From Patellaria atrata CBS 101060 (Eukaryota), in assembly GCA_010093705.1 (NCBI GenBank), contig MU006112.1, forward strand, positions 248,001 through 312,000: a DNA stretch of 64,000 bases, written 5' to 3'. Every line of letters begins with the position of its first letter. The first letter of the stretch is position 1. Shown piece after piece: positions 1 through 11,664 of this stretch. A model generated the notes under the pieces. That model did no database searches and was not told where the DNA came from. It saw nothing but the letters and a program-made list of their open reading frames with translations. Made by a program: the position numbers and the translations under genes.

Positions 1-197
1 GATGCTTCTGTCTGCTGTTGCGATGTTGGATACTGATTTGGATTGGTGTTGTTGACAGTCGAGCCAGATTGTTGGTATCCGCTAGGACTTGGGGCAACAG
101 GAGGACGAAATTGTGGTGTATTCGGTTTCGTTCGGGGAGTACCCGGTTGACTAAGACCAGGAGAGGCGATCCCCCGGTACATAGAAAATTCAGACAT
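1..197 (-). CDS. 5' end of a gene running off the window edge; Pro/Gln-rich N-terminus, possibly Sec24-related (Sfb3-like)
   Basis: ATG at 197, frame open to position 1: MSEFSMYRGIASPG...PQFRPPVAPSPSGYQQ. Resembles from memory fungal Sfb3/Sec24 N-termini; not in the ORF track. Confidence 0.4.
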   Translation of the reverse strand, partial: MSEFSMYRGIASPGLSQPGTPRTKPNTPQFRPPVAPSPSGYQQSGSTVNNTNPNQYPTSQQQTEA

Positions 198-1036
198 ATT
201 CCTGAGTTATACTGGAAAGTCTAAGAAAGAGACTGAGGGGGGAAGTAGAGATACGCGGTTTACACGTCGCGCCGAGTTGAGAATTTCTGAACTACGTAGT
301 CCAGGGATGATATCATATCATTGAAACATAAAGGTCAAAAGTTAGGTCCTGGAATCGTCTCATAACACCGTCGACCACATTTTCTCAGGAAAGATGTGAA
401 CACTTTGCAGTCTAACAGAACAATTGGCACTATCGCGGAAATGTAGGCTCACCGCCCGCCAAGGGCAGCCACATCTCCTTGATCCTTCATTTCAGGAGTG
501 ACTTCCACCCAACCTCAAGTAGGGAATAATCTTGCTTACCACCTCATCTCCTTATCTTCTATCTTGAGCTCACAAGATTGCTATGTGACGAGGGGAAGGG
601 TAAGTTGGCCCTACTAACCTCACATTGTAAAGTCTATCCTTGCGCTGGGAAATGTTCTTGTTCATCTTTCATGAGCAATTCAAGATGAACTCATAAAGTT
701 ATAGACACAGATTGGCTAAGCTGCGCCTCTCTAACAAAACAAATGAAATTGTGGTGTCCACCTCAGTACTACGCATATTCAAACGCTAGAAACCATCGAA
801 GCCCCTTAAAAACACGCCAACGTCCAACGTACCAAACCCTGTACAAAAGGCAAAATTCAAAAATAAAGAAGCAAAAGATCCAAATCGCTGTACAATATAC
901 AGCCCGTCAACATAGAACAAAGTCAATATCAACTCCACCAGTACAGAACTAGCACAAAGGTATAGAACTGTACAGTACAAACCCTTCCTACGGGTAAACC
1001 GCCAAAACCAAAGGAAAACTTGAATAATCAATAGGA

Positions 1037-1939
1037 TTATAAGTTCCCATTCTCATTTGGCCTCACTATCTTCTTGATACCATCCCAGCATCTCTTTCCA
1101 AATGGTTTGACCACATCTTGTTTCTCTTCCTCCTTCTTTTCGACCGACGTGGAGCCCCTCTTCTTCTCCCGCTTATCTCCTCTTTCTTTTTCTAGCACTT
1201 TTGTACCAGTTTCTTCAATTGTACGCTCGTTTGCTTCCTGCTTCATGACCTGCGCAGCGAGAATCTGGTCGTACTGCCTGATCTGCGCATTCCAATCCCC
1301 ATCTGCCCAAGAACCCTCTTCCCAGTTGTCATCATTATTGCACTCCCACGGTACTTCTCTAAAGATAGGAGCCTGGACAACTTCATTCCGTACAACAGTT
1401 TCCCTCGTTTCCGTTGGTACAGCATCTTCTTCGACCAGGAAATTCTCACCCGGCGCAAGTGGAGAGTAGTCTTCCAAGCCCTCAGCGTACGTCTCTACGT
1501 ATTCCCTTACACGTGTCATCTCCTCTTCTACCTTATCGCACACTTGTTCGCTATGGCCAGCCTCGATGTCTTGGTGGGAGTGTACAGCACCGCGTGGAGA
1601 CTTTTGATGACGAGCTTGCTCGCCGCAAAGCTGTTGGCGTGGTATCAATGAGAGTGTAAACCTCATTCCGCCCCGCGTGAGAGGTATCAATGCGCAATCG
1701 CATCGTACATCGTCTGGTTGCTGTACATCATCGTCGGCAGGAGAGGTCGAGAGAGGTGGGGTTGAAGAAGGTAAGGAGGGAGGAGAAGGAGTAGAAGAAG
1801 AAGAACGGGAGGATGGAGGAGGGGAGGGTTGTACACTTTCGGTATCACGTGCCTGGGAGGAGGTGTAGTATCTTATACGGGGCCGGCGCGTAGAGATGTT
1901 GGCTGCGATAGCAGCTAATCGGGTTTGTACATTTCCCAT
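1037..1939 (-). CDS. Hypothetical protein, Ser/Pro- and Glu/Lys-rich
   Basis: ~300-aa ORF; first ATG gives MGNVQT (possible N-myristoylation motif); no recognised domain. Confidence 0.5.
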   Translation of the reverse strand: MGNVQTRLAAIAANISTRRPRIRYYTSSQARDTESVQPSPPPSSRSSSSTPSPPSLPSSTPPLSTSPADDDVQQPDDVRCDCALIPLTRGGMRFTLSLIPRQQLCGEQARHQKSPRGAVHSHQDIEAGHSEQVCDKVEEEMTRVREYVETYAEGLEDYSPLAPGENFLVEEDAVPTETRETVVRNEVVQAPIFREVPWECNNDDNWEEGSWADGDWNAQIRQYDQILAAQVMKQEANERTIEETGTKVLEKERGDKREKKRGSTSVEKKEEEKQDVVKPFGKRCWDGIKKIVRPNENGNL

Positions 1940-2771
1940 TGTGACCGTTTCCACAATCGTATTGTGGTTTTACGCAGAAAGTGATTTCGTATAATTTCTT
2001 TGTACGGTTGTCTATCGAGGCTTTCTAGCAATTTGTGTTTCACACAAAAATTTGCGGAAAATTCATTATTTGATGCTTTGGTCGCTATTTCGATGCTTAG
2101 TATCTCTGTTATCACTATGATTCTATTAGTACAACTCATAGTACAAGCTAAAAGAAAAATGTAAAGGTATGGGGTCTTTACAAATATGTTTCTCTGAGTG
2201 AAGAGTAGAAAGGAAAATGAGAGAGGACAGGTATTTAAAGGGATCCGTTTAGCAACCTAAGCACTCTCGGTTCACACGTAGAAATCTCAAGATTACCAGA
2301 GTTTGGACACAGTACGTCTCCCGACTTTGATGTGGAGTTCGCAGAAGTCATAATTTAGAACCACATTCGCTACCGCCCTATAACCCACAACACTTCACGA
2401 TAATCCCGACATCGAGTACTATGCCCTTAGTACAACCGTTATCTGTAAAATTACATCTAAGGTAAAGATTTGTTCTGATAAAGTGTTACCTAAAGATCCG
2501 TTCGAGCGCTTCGCTTCTGCTCTTCACGATGCCAAGCATAAATAACTTTTTGAATCTTTCATACAATTCATTCCTAATTTTGCTACACTCCCGCCTCGGG
2601 CGCGAAAACGGCGTGATCACAGTTCACTAAACGCAAAATGACTACTATCTAGAACATGTAGTGCTTATCCATGAAATCGCATCGTTTCATAACCCCGACC
2701 GTGCTGTCATCAACTGCTGGAGTCCACTGTACAATACGCCACAACGACATGTAAATTATTCCCCTACGTGC

Positions 2772-5196
2772 TCACGGGATATCTAAGACCTTCTTGAGCA
2801 TCTGCTCCGCTCTCCCTGCCTCCACCCTTCCGTCTCCTCCCTTCCTCATCATCTGTCCTACAAACCACATGATCTTCCCCTTTTGCCCTTTATCCTTGAT
2901 AGCCTTCACCATAGCCGGGTTCTCAGTGACAAGTTCCTCGGCCATGATGAGGTATTGTTCGTCCGATAAGGGCCTGAGCAGGAGATCTTCCTCTTCGACA
3001 ATCTGGTCTACGGCTCGCTTGTCGCCTTCAAACTTGGTTGCCAGTACCTGTTTTGCCGCCGTGCCAGTAATCCGCTTTTGATCAACATTCCATACGATTG
3101 ATGCAATCGTCTTTATATCTATGGGTTGTTCGTCCCAAGGTAGACCACTCGTTGTTAGGAGACCGCCTAATTCATGTAGGACCCTTAAATTGAATTAGCA
3201 TCGTACGCAATGGTAACGTGAATTGAAAAGAATGTTAGTTTAGTAACAAAATATTAACGGGAACATGGAGTATAATCAAAGACGAGAAAATAAATAAGTT
3301 CAGTTACTGCAAATGTCAACCAAAAATATTAGGATCTTGTTCCAGGGGGCGTACTTTCGCTTCTCAAACCAATAAAAAGCTCACATTGAACCCAACAGAA
3401 TGGATTCCAACAATACACAAGACCACCCAAAGAGCAAAATGAAAATACAAAAACATACAGCAGTGCGCATTCGCTGGTGGTCACCCACCCAACTACTACT
3501 GCACCGATACAAGGCTTGAGTATGGCAGAGCGAACGGGATGCCCTATTTTCCTTGTTCTATGGCCGTATGTGACAGTACACTTTACCGTCCGATATTATC
3601 AATGTTGGAAACTGACTCCGGCTCCATAATAAAATGAAAAAGTCACGGTAAGGAAATTTGAACCTACCAATTACAAGCCGCCTTATTTAGTCGCACAGAA
3701 ATATTCTCCTCTCCTTCTTTTGAAAAGTTGAGATTCAATTCATTACACACTTCGAAATAAAATTCTAGTCTTTCTCCATCGTCCAGCGCGACTAGAGTCT
3801 TTGCATCCTTGAGTGATATGTTGTACTTTTTTGGATCCGTCAGCAAATTAACCAGATCATCAGGTAATAACGGCAACCGTTTATGGAGATGCTCTATGAG
3901 GGTCTGTAACAATATAAGCAAATAAAAATCAAGGAACCAGTTGAATGATCGCACCTCTCCAATTATCACGGGACCTAGGTCCGGATCTGGCATATAACGA
4001 TAATCGATCTCTCCTTCTTTACCTCTTAACCTTCTAGTCTCTGTGCTCCCGAGTGACCACCCTCTTGTTTCGCCTTCTATGACCCCTCCAGCTTCAAGGA
4101 CGGAGATTTGACGGTCTCGCTCAGCGCTAATTGCATCTTCTACTGCTTTAAAGCTGCTTAGGTTTTTAATTTCTGTACGCTGTCCTAAACCAGTAACACC
4201 GGCGTATGATCTACCAGAATTCGCATCTGACTTATCTTTTCGCCGGACAGAGACGTTGACGTCTGCACGTAATCCTCCAAGCTCCATGCCTGTTACGACA
4301 GCATTTACGGACTTCAATATCTGCTGTATCTTACGAACACATGCTGCGGCTGTTGATGGGTGATGGATGTGCGGAAGGGTTATGATCTCTATAAGTGGAT
4401 GCGATACTCGGTTGAAGTCGAGGAGATGAGTTGAGGGAGGGTATTGGATGGTCTTTGCCGTATCCTGCTCCATTTGTATTTGTTTAATTCCTATTGTGAC
4501 AGATTTCCCATCTTCAGGAGCAATGCCATCATGGTCATAGAGGGTTATCCGTCCTCCCTTTGCAAAGGGCTCTGGCAATATCGAATCAGCTTGGTTGAAT
4601 GTTCATTAATAATTGCAATCCCCACCATAGTATTGTGTGATTTGATAGCCATTTGGTTGATCCTGATAAAAATAGTGCTTTCTATCAAAGCTACTTTTGC
4701 GTTGTATATCACATTGCAGGGCGAGAGCGGCTCGAAGTGCAGGTATCAAAGTCTCTTTCTGGAATTGCGGCTGTGAGCCTGGAAATGCTACATCGAATAG
4801 AGCTACATGTGTGTTTGGCACATCACCGCTTGAAGTAGCAGCGGATGAGAACAATTTTCGCCCAGTGTTCAGCTCCGCGTGTATCTCAATTCCTACTGTC
4901 AACTCCCAATTTTTCAATCTGTCATCTGAAGCTTTTCCATTGAACCGATTCGCATTCAATTTCCCTTTTGACTTTCTCTCTTTCGCTTCATCTTTGACCT
5001 GTTTTCTAAAAGGTATGATTTGTTCCGGTGTTATGCTGGTGATGTGTAGCGCTCTAATTGTACGCGGTTGAGCGTTGACGCGCAAAGGCTGTCCTCCATG
5101 AAGCTGGAGTCTTCGCATACATCCTCGACATATGTATGGGAGTTGTGCGCTGGTTATTCGGAGGCGTGAATTGATGGAGTTTCTAGGATGGCCCAT
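2772..5196 (-). CDS. PET112: Mitochondrial glutamyl-tRNA(Gln) amidotransferase subunit B (spliced)
   Basis: GatB motifs [59 protein letters not shown]. Last intron 3184-3667 joins ACNW|VLHELGG; the last exon ends ...KKVLDIP*. Confidence 0.93.
3453..3571 (-). rRNA. 5S rRNA gene (dispersed copy) inside the gatB intron
   Basis: Minus strand reads ACATACGGCCATAGAACAAGGAAAATAGGGCATCCCGTTCGCTCTGCCATACTCAAGCCTTGTATCGGTGCAGTAGTAGTTGGGTGGGTGACCACCAGCGAATGCGCACTGCTGTATG, then a TTTTT Pol III terminator. ~119 nt, ascomycete 5S pattern; helix I (ACATACGGC/GCTGTATGT) and helix II (ACAAGG/CCTTGT) pair. Confidence 0.95.
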
Positions 5197-5543
5197 AACA
5201 ACAACAGACACCTTTGCTCAATGTGAATGTGGTGATAACAGTTTAGGAGTCACTGGAAGTTCAAGTAGTTCAGACGGTCAAAGCTCCTCAAACGCGAACC
5301 TCATCCTTGGCGTTGCTAGCGTATGAAGTAATTCCGCTCCGCAAACCTTAGACTAAATGCACCGATGCGGGAGTCATATTGCGCATCTTCAAGCCATAGT
5401 GCCGGAATATTTTGGAATTTGTCTACAATACTCACGTCAACATATTTTGACCGCTTGTCTCTGTTCCACTACTCGAATCCTTGTAATTCGTTGCACTGGG
5501 ACTTTCCTCTTCAATTTAAAAGCTCTGTCGTGTGCTCGTAGAT

Positions 5544-8427
5544 ATGGCTGAGGCCGTACCACTGCCAATCCCTGGCGAGGTACGTCCCTCTCATTGAAGA
5601 TGGTTTCAGAAGAAACTGACTGTGATTATTACTAGAGAAATATCTTGATTACTTCGTAAGCATATCTTTCCATCATAAAATTGCAGAAAAGTTTAGCTAA
5701 TCCGTATTCACAGAGCAGTACGTGGAATGCCAGTAATTACGGAGTGCCATATCATATGCTTTTCGGTCTTCAAGAAAGAGTCCCTAACTGGACATGGCCT
5801 TCTATGGGGCTGGTGATAGATGTAACCTTGGGTATATACGCATCTTCCGCTCGGTCTACCGTCCAGTTTGTGCTTTTCATGCACTTTTACGGCTCGGACA
5901 GATGTAGCCATATCCCTATATCTATCACCACCTTGTAGAAGGATTCCATGTATGAGAGCGCTTAGGCTACTTCTAACCTTGAAGAAATTATACGATAGCA
6001 TTGATATGTCTCGGTGTAGACCTGCACAATATCCTCCCCCTTACAAAAGTGCTCTGCTAACTCTTAGAAAGTTACCATACGTTAACAACGTTCGCACTCC
6101 CATTCTTTCCTACGTTGAAGAGCGAATGCTAACCTGACGGTTGATATTCAGTTCCCGCATCTTGGTAACGTCATCGGATCTGTTCTTTCAGCCGATGTCT
6201 TCTCCAGGTATTGCAAAGGACGGGGATACAACAGTATCTTCGTTTGCGGTAGTGACGAGTACGTCTTTTAGCGGAAAGATAATTATGTTTTCACTAAATG
6301 AATCAGGTATGGAACTGCATCTGAGACAAAGGCTTTAGAGGAAGGTCTACCAGTAGAAGAGCTATGTCTAAAATATCACAATCTCCATGCTGAGGTCTAT
6401 AAATGGTTTGAGATCAACTTCAGTATTTTTGGCCGTACTCCAACCAGAGAGCAAACCGAAATAGCTCAAGATATGTTCCAGAAATTGTGGGACAATGGAT
6501 ATCTCGAAGCAAGAGAGAATCTTCAACCTTATTGTGCAGATCCCAAGCATCAATCCTTTTTAGCCGATCGTTTCGTCGAGGGCGAATGCAGTATCTGCCA
6601 TGATCCTGGTGCTCGTGGTGACCAGTGTGATAAGTAAGTCACGTATTACAAATTCTTTTACATGTGTTCAATACTCACATTCTATCCGGCGCGGCTATAC
6701 CATTGTCTGTAAAGTTAGCCGCGAGGGATACAATCCAATACCCTATTTGTTCCTGAGTAGAGAATGAAGCTGAGAGTTTCTTCTAAATGGATGTATGTTA
6801 ACATGTATGACTTCCTGCAGATGCGGCAACCTTCTGGATCCCTTCGAACCCGAACAGACTTCCTCGAACGCGGATGATGACGAGGCAGCAGCTACAGGCT
6901 ATTTGATCAAGTACGTGTTAATTTCGCTTCGTCATATTTGGAAAATGGAGATGTTGTATTTCGTTATCCCTATAGCTTACCAAATCACATAGTCCTCGGT
7001 GCAAGATAGACAATACCAGGCCAGAAAAACGACCGACCACTCATATGTATCTCCTACTAGACAAACTGAGTGAACCCCTCATCGACTGGTTCAAGAAGAC
7101 CTCAAAAGAGCATCAGTGGTCGAACAATTGTATTCAGATCACCCAAAGTTGGATCACCAAAGGACTGAAGCCCCGCGGCATCACTCGAGATCTCAGATGG
7201 GGCACTCCGATACCCGACCAGTTCACAGAGTTTAAAAACAAGGTCATGTACGTCTGGTTCGACGCCTGCATTGGCTACTCCTCCATCACGGCCAACCTAA
7301 CCCCCGAATGGGAGAAGTGGTGGAAGAACCCCTCCCACGTCCAACTGATCCAATTCATGGGCAAAGACAACGTCCAATTCCACTCGATAATCTACCCGGC
7401 GACGCAAATTGGCACCGGGGACGCCTGGACAAAAGTCCACCGCATGTCCACAACCGAATACCTCAACTACGAAAACGCCAAATTCTCCAAATCAAAGGGC
7501 GTCGGCGTCTTCGGCCACAACGCTAAAGACACCGGCGTCGCCCCCTCAGTCTGGCGCTACTACCTCCTCTCCCACCGCCCCGAAACCAACGACTCCGAGT
7601 TCAAATGGTCCGACTTCATCGAAGCGAACAACAACGACCTCCTCAAAAACCTCGGCAACGGCGTCAATCGCGTCCTCAAATTCACAGCCGTCAAATACGC
7701 ATCCCTTGTCCCGGACTGGACCACTTATACCGCGTATCCCGACCTCGTCGCGCACGTGGACGAAGTCAACACACTCCTGCAAACCTACCTCGCGCATCTG
7801 GAGGACTGTCGTCTCCGCCAGGGTTTGACCGATGCGATGCACATCTCCGCCTCCCTGAACAAACTCCTCCAAGACTCCAAACTAGGCAACGCCCTCTTCG
7901 ACGCCGAGCCGGCCAAATGTGCCGCCGTCGTCGGCCTCGCGCTGAACCAGATCTTCCTCCTCGCCTCCGTCATCGAGCCCTACATGCCCGGGACCGCCGG
8001 CACCGCACTCTCCGACTCAGGCCTCGCAACGGGGATCCTGCAGCAGCTCGGGCTCGACCCTGTGACCCGGATCCCGGATATTTGGACCCCCGGGGAGGTG
8101 AGGCCGGGTCATAGGATCGGCACGCCGGCGTATCTTTTTACGCAGATTAAGCCGGCCATGGAGGAGGTCTGGAGGGAGATGTATGGGGGCGAGGAGGTTA
8201 AGAAGCAGAAGGCGCTTGCGGCTGAGAAGGCGAGGGCGAAGAAGGTGGCGAAGGAGAGGGAGAGGGCGAGGAAAGCTGCTAGGAAGGCTGCTGCGGGTGG
8301 GGTGGGGGTTGAGGGGACCGCGGCGGGGGAAATGGGAGTCGAGGCGATGGAGAAACAACAGGAGGCTGATCCTGCTATTGAGGGTGTTACGGAGGCGTTG
8401 GGGAAGGCGGATGTGAGGACTTCGTAG
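5544..8427 (+). CDS. Methionyl-tRNA synthetase (cytosolic type), 8 exons
   Basis: Spliced N-terminus [29 protein letters not shown], then CGSDEYGT, zinc knuckle CSICH...[38 protein letters not shown]. Exons 5544-5579, 5636-5655, 5714-5717, 6072-6089, 6152-6258, 6307-6633, 6821-~6910, ~6993-8427. Confidence 0.93.
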
Positions 8428-8879
8428 ATGGTGGTGTTGTGGTGTTAGGGAGGTCGGGGAGGTGTAGAAGTAGAAGTAGCTTAGATTCCGCTGTCTTGTT
8501 GATAGTTCATGCAAAGGGTTAATGCCATCTCTCTCCCGGTAGTTCCAACCCGTCAAAAATCTCTCCCCGTATTCCTTCCTCGCTCTGGGCTTTGTATTCA
8601 TCACCCCGCGATACTAAGTTCCTGATTCCAATATCGAATGAACGAATGAGTTATAAACCGTACCGTACCGTACCGTACTCATAACCATAGCTATAACCAT
8701 AACCACACACCAAAGAAATCAAAAGGGACAGAAGTTAAAAGAATCAAAAGAATCAAAAGGAGGGGGTTGGGGGATAGATATGTTTATTCGATCTCATCTT
8801 ACTTTACTTTGTCCAACTTTACTCTTGCCTTATCATAAAGGCCAAAAGTAAGCGTTGCTACGAACATAAATAAGAGTAA

Positions 8880-8976
8880 GGAAAGGGAAAAGGAAAAGGA
8901 AAAGGAAGAGGAAAAGGAAAAGGAAAAGGAAAAGGAAAAGGAAAAGGAAAAGGAAAAGGAAAAGGAAATGGAAAAA
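8880..8976. repeat. (GGAAAA)n microsatellite
   Basis: Roughly 15 near-perfect hexamer units; explains the FSFSFS / FPFPFP ORF-track entries. Confidence 0.95.
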
Positions 8977-9238
8977 GTAAAAGGTAAAAAGGCAACGGAA
9001 GGAGGAGGGTAAAGTAAAGGTAAAAAGTGAAAACAAAGGGAGCTACGAACCGAGCAGAACATAGCGGGTATCTCTCCAACACGTCTCGGGGGTCCAGGAT
9101 CCACGGCATGCAAGCCCCAAAGACAGTCTCCCCGTGTACAAATTTAAGGGGGAACGCTGCAGGAAGGGTAAGGATGCGGATGGACTAGGGATCATTCCGC
9201 AGCGAAAATAGTCGAGATAAATGTCAACAAATTTACGT

Positions 9239-9239
<1 letters not shown>

Positions 9240-9273
<34 letters not shown>
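9240..9273. repeat. (CA)n microsatellite
   Basis: Perfect dinucleotide run. Confidence 0.95.
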
Positions 9274-9274
<1 letters not shown>

Positions 9275-9504
9275 GGAGCGCAATAACAATGATAGCAAGG
9301 ATAAGTCGGAAGATACTCCAAGATGAGTCCTATATACATCCTATTAACTCAGCCCCCTTTTCCCCTATCCTCCATCCTTCCAGTCGTGAAAATTATTAGT
9401 CTCATCATCGATCTCCTGGCAATCTAGCAATTTCACCTTATCATACACCCCCCTCCCAAAAAAAAAAAAAAACTAAAAAACTTCACACCCCAACCCTACC
9501 CTAC

Positions 9505-10540
9505 CTATCCAGCGATCTCAACGATAGCCGGACCAGCCGCAACAGTGTCGTCCGTAACGGCAGTCTCACACCCGGTGAGCACGACATAGCTCTGTCCCTT
9601 AACGCCCTCGGGCACCATGACCTCAAAGCCACCGTCGACCTTCGTGGCGTGCGCGTACACGGGACCCGTAACCGTAACAAACGCGGCGAAGATCTCACCC
9701 TCGCCCGCAGCGACCAACTCGTAACCCATCGTGCTCAACATGATGGTCGAGTTAGTCATGATGGGCATGTCGGCGCTGGAAGCGGTGAGCATGGGGAAGG
9801 CCTTGACGGGCAAGGGTGGGTTGTCGGCGGGACACTCGACGATGAAGGGCGCGGCGAGGGTGTAGACCTCGTTGTAGGAGAGGGGGTTGTCGAAGGGTTG
9901 GGCGAAGGGGACTTGCTCGAGGCTGGCGCGGAGGTAGGACGAGTGGCGCGCTTCGGTGGTTAGGATGGAGCCGGCGGCTGTGAGGTAGGTTTTGGACATG
10001 ATGTCTGCGGCGGCGCCGAGGTAGGCGGAGACGCCAACACCTGTGGTTGGGTTAGATTTGTGTTTTGTTTATGGGATGGGATGGGATGGGCGGGATGGGT
10101 TGATGTTTACCTTCGAGGATTGAAGCCGTGGCGACTAATGTCATAACATCAGTGACGCCGAAAGCGTATGTGCACTCCTTTACGGGTGTGACGCCAGCCG
10201 CTTCGAGAGCGGTGGTAAGGAAGTCGACGTGGGCTGTCTCATCTTTGCCGATTCTCATGATGTTGTTGTACATGGTCGAGTTGAAACCTGCGGCGGCGAA
10301 GTCGGCTTCGGTGAAGTTGGCAATGCCCTGCTTGTAGAAGTTGTTCTCCAAGTGCTCGAGCGTGAGAGCATAGTTTAGAATATCGCCTGCCAGCGTGTGA
10401 GATGAAAAGTTTCCAGAAGGTAGCAATGGCTTGCTCGGTAGGGGGGACTTACCATCAGTTGGGGGAGCGGCAGCACGCTTCGTAGGGGCAGCAGCAACAA
10501 GGCCGGCAACGAAGATGGAAGCTACTGTGAGGGACTTCAT
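9505..10540 (-). CDS. Secreted ferritin-like domain protein (Rds1 stress-response-like), 2 introns
   Basis: Signal peptide MKSLTVASIFVAGLVAA; DILNYALTLEHLE, DETAHVDFL, SILEG|VGVSAYLG, SILTTEARH. Confidence 0.85.
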
Positions 10541-11664
10541 TTTGAAAGGGGCTGATAGTGCACACTTTTCCAAAACTTTGATGTGATTTTGTCTGTAAGG
10601 AAAAGAAGTCCTTGTTCAAGAATCAAGGTAAAATATCCTACCTGTAAAGGGGGCATCTTAAGTACTGATTTCAATCAAGACGACAAGAGAAGTAGATGAC
10701 TACAACCGGCGGATGCATCTCAGTCATCGCAAGCAGAACGATCTCATTAGATCTTACGGATGCAGTGTTTCCCGTCTTAGTTCTTGAAAATCCCTGTGAA
10801 GCGTTCTGGGATCAGTGAGAAGGATCAAGGCTAAGAACGGTCATGCAAGCCTCACAACGAAGGCAATAAATGGGAAAAAGGGACAACAATGGGTAATAAT
10901 GACGAGAATTGGAGAATTGAAGAATCGAGAATGTAAAAGACGGTTGAAAGCCAAGAATGATAAACATTACTAAGATCGTTTAAGACGGTAAAGTAGATTC
11001 TCGGGGACCCACCTATCCGTCCGATCGTCCAAGCTAGACCCGAATCGGAAGAATACATCATCGAACAACAAGAAACATTACCAAAACCGGACGGGGAACA
11101 TCATGGGATGGATAAAACGGATTCGTGAAGAGGGTGAGATGTGCTGTCCATCAAACTTACCATTGGTCAAATGTCATTTTGAGTTGTCAGTCAAGCTTCC
11201 GGCATCTACAGTCGATCTGTTAGAAGAAAAAAGTCAAAACCATCGCCGTCAAATTACAAGTCCGGAAACCCCCTGATGTTTATCCCGTCATCAAGCATTC
11301 CGGATGAAGCCAAACCGCTTTCAAGAATCAAACATGACAGGATGGAGAAACATCGCCCATGTTGCTCTAATTTCCATCGTGGCGAAACTTCCTACTGTAC
11401 CTGAATTCATCCACAAATGTAGATACCGGGCCTACTGCTTTTGTCGAATGTAGCCGTCATTCTGGATTCTGGACTGCCGCTTGCGTTCCAATCCGACATG
11501 GCCCCCTCTGGGAAGCAAGCCGGATGGTCGGAATCAGTTCTTTCATGATAGATTGTCACTGAGAGGCGGAATGTACTCCATCCGATGCGCACGTTTTGAC
11601 GATGTGGATTCAAAAGCCATCTTCCATCTGCCTGCATCTTCCGTGGGGATAAGACGTATTGCGA

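Noticed and set aside
3185..3450. An snRNA downstream of the 5S gene (Sm-like ATTTTTGG on the minus strand)
   Set aside because: No U1/U2/U4/U5 signature sequence; the region is simply T-rich intron.
5728..6026. SRP RNA, given the ~300-nt rod shape
   Set aside because: No helix-8 SRP54-binding motif (AGG...GNRA...AGCAG), no clear Alu UGUNR start and no Pol III terminator.
7308..8604. Long overlapping and antisense ORFs over MetRS (similar ones over MSH2, THOC7, MPE1)
   Set aside because: Expected shadows of GC-biased codon usage; no domain signatures.
8799..9339. ORF-track proteins with FSFS, FPFP and CVCV runs
   Set aside because: Translations of the (GGAAAA)n and (CA)n microsatellites.
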